This document shows positions 63,374 through 64,000 of a DNA stretch of 64,000 nt, piece after piece. Below the pieces are notes generated by a model, which worked only from the letters and a program-made list of their open reading frames with translations, was not told the DNA's origin and ran no database searches. This stretch comes from Lingula anatina (lineage: Eukaryota; Animalia; Brachiopoda), in the NCBI GenBank assembly GCA_051362555.1, contig CM120641.1, positions 7,316,001-7,380,000 of the forward strand, written 5' to 3'. The position numbers and the translations under genes were made by a program. The stretch's first letter is position 1. The number at the start of each line of letters is the position of its first letter.

Positions 63374-64000
63374 CTAAAAAAAATCAAATAAAATGAAATG
63401 AAAACGTAAAGAAGCACTTGTTCAACACTGTTATAAAATCAACACAAAACAATATGTAAGGCTTGTACATGAAATGACGGGCCCGTAGCCATGGGTGTTT
63501 GGGAGTGTGGCATGAATCATTCGGAGCGTGAACCATCCATTCTGCTCATGCGCACGAAGCGCAGGCAAATCTGAGAGACTTCCGGCATGTACAGTCCGTC
63601 TCTATCAATTCAACAATACATTATTAGACTTAAATAAACATACACTGTTGAGAACATACTGCAAATTCAAACATAATATTTAGAAGTATTCATATCTTTT
63701 AGATGTTCACCTATACTGCAATTTCCCTCAGGTGGCCACATCAACACACTAGCCTAGTAAAATCAATGTAGTAGGCCAACAGCTGAATAACGACGGCCCA
63801 TCCACAGTAGGTTCATGCATGCGTCGAACTGTAATTTGACACTGATTCTCTATCAAAATTATCAATTAACACATGAATTTTACCTAAAAATCCATCATAA
63901 TAAATATATAATGACATAGGAAATGAACTAGCTGAATGTCACAGTACAGGTGATAAAAAAAGGATCATTCACGGAACGGCTCGTACACGTGTCTGCTGCA

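Overview
AT-rich, intron-rich animal genomic DNA, probably from an invertebrate such as a mollusc (inferred from gene structure and repeat types; not provable from this window). I assembled five spliced genes by hand with frame- and phase-consistent exons. (1) TOMM20, minus strand, first 3 coding exons; the 3' end runs off the left edge. (2) A PP2A B56/PPP2R5 regulatory subunit, plus strand, complete, with a tandemly duplicated and probably mutually exclusive exon encoding the acidic loop. (3) GNPAT, minus strand, complete, ending in the PTS1 signal AKL. (4) An uncharacterized secreted ~1006-aa TPR-like plus S9-type alpha/beta-hydrolase, plus strand, head-to-head with GNPAT. (5) Guanine deaminase, minus strand; the 5' end runs off the right edge. 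Mobile DNA includes a very young, internally deleted Gmr1-like Gypsy LTR element, two satellite-carrying Helitron/Helentron-type non-autonomous elements, several PIF/Harbinger-type MITEs and a nested TTAA-target (Kolobok-like) element. Most short ORFs in the supplied track are spurious or are exon fragments. All family assignments come from motif recognition, not database searches.
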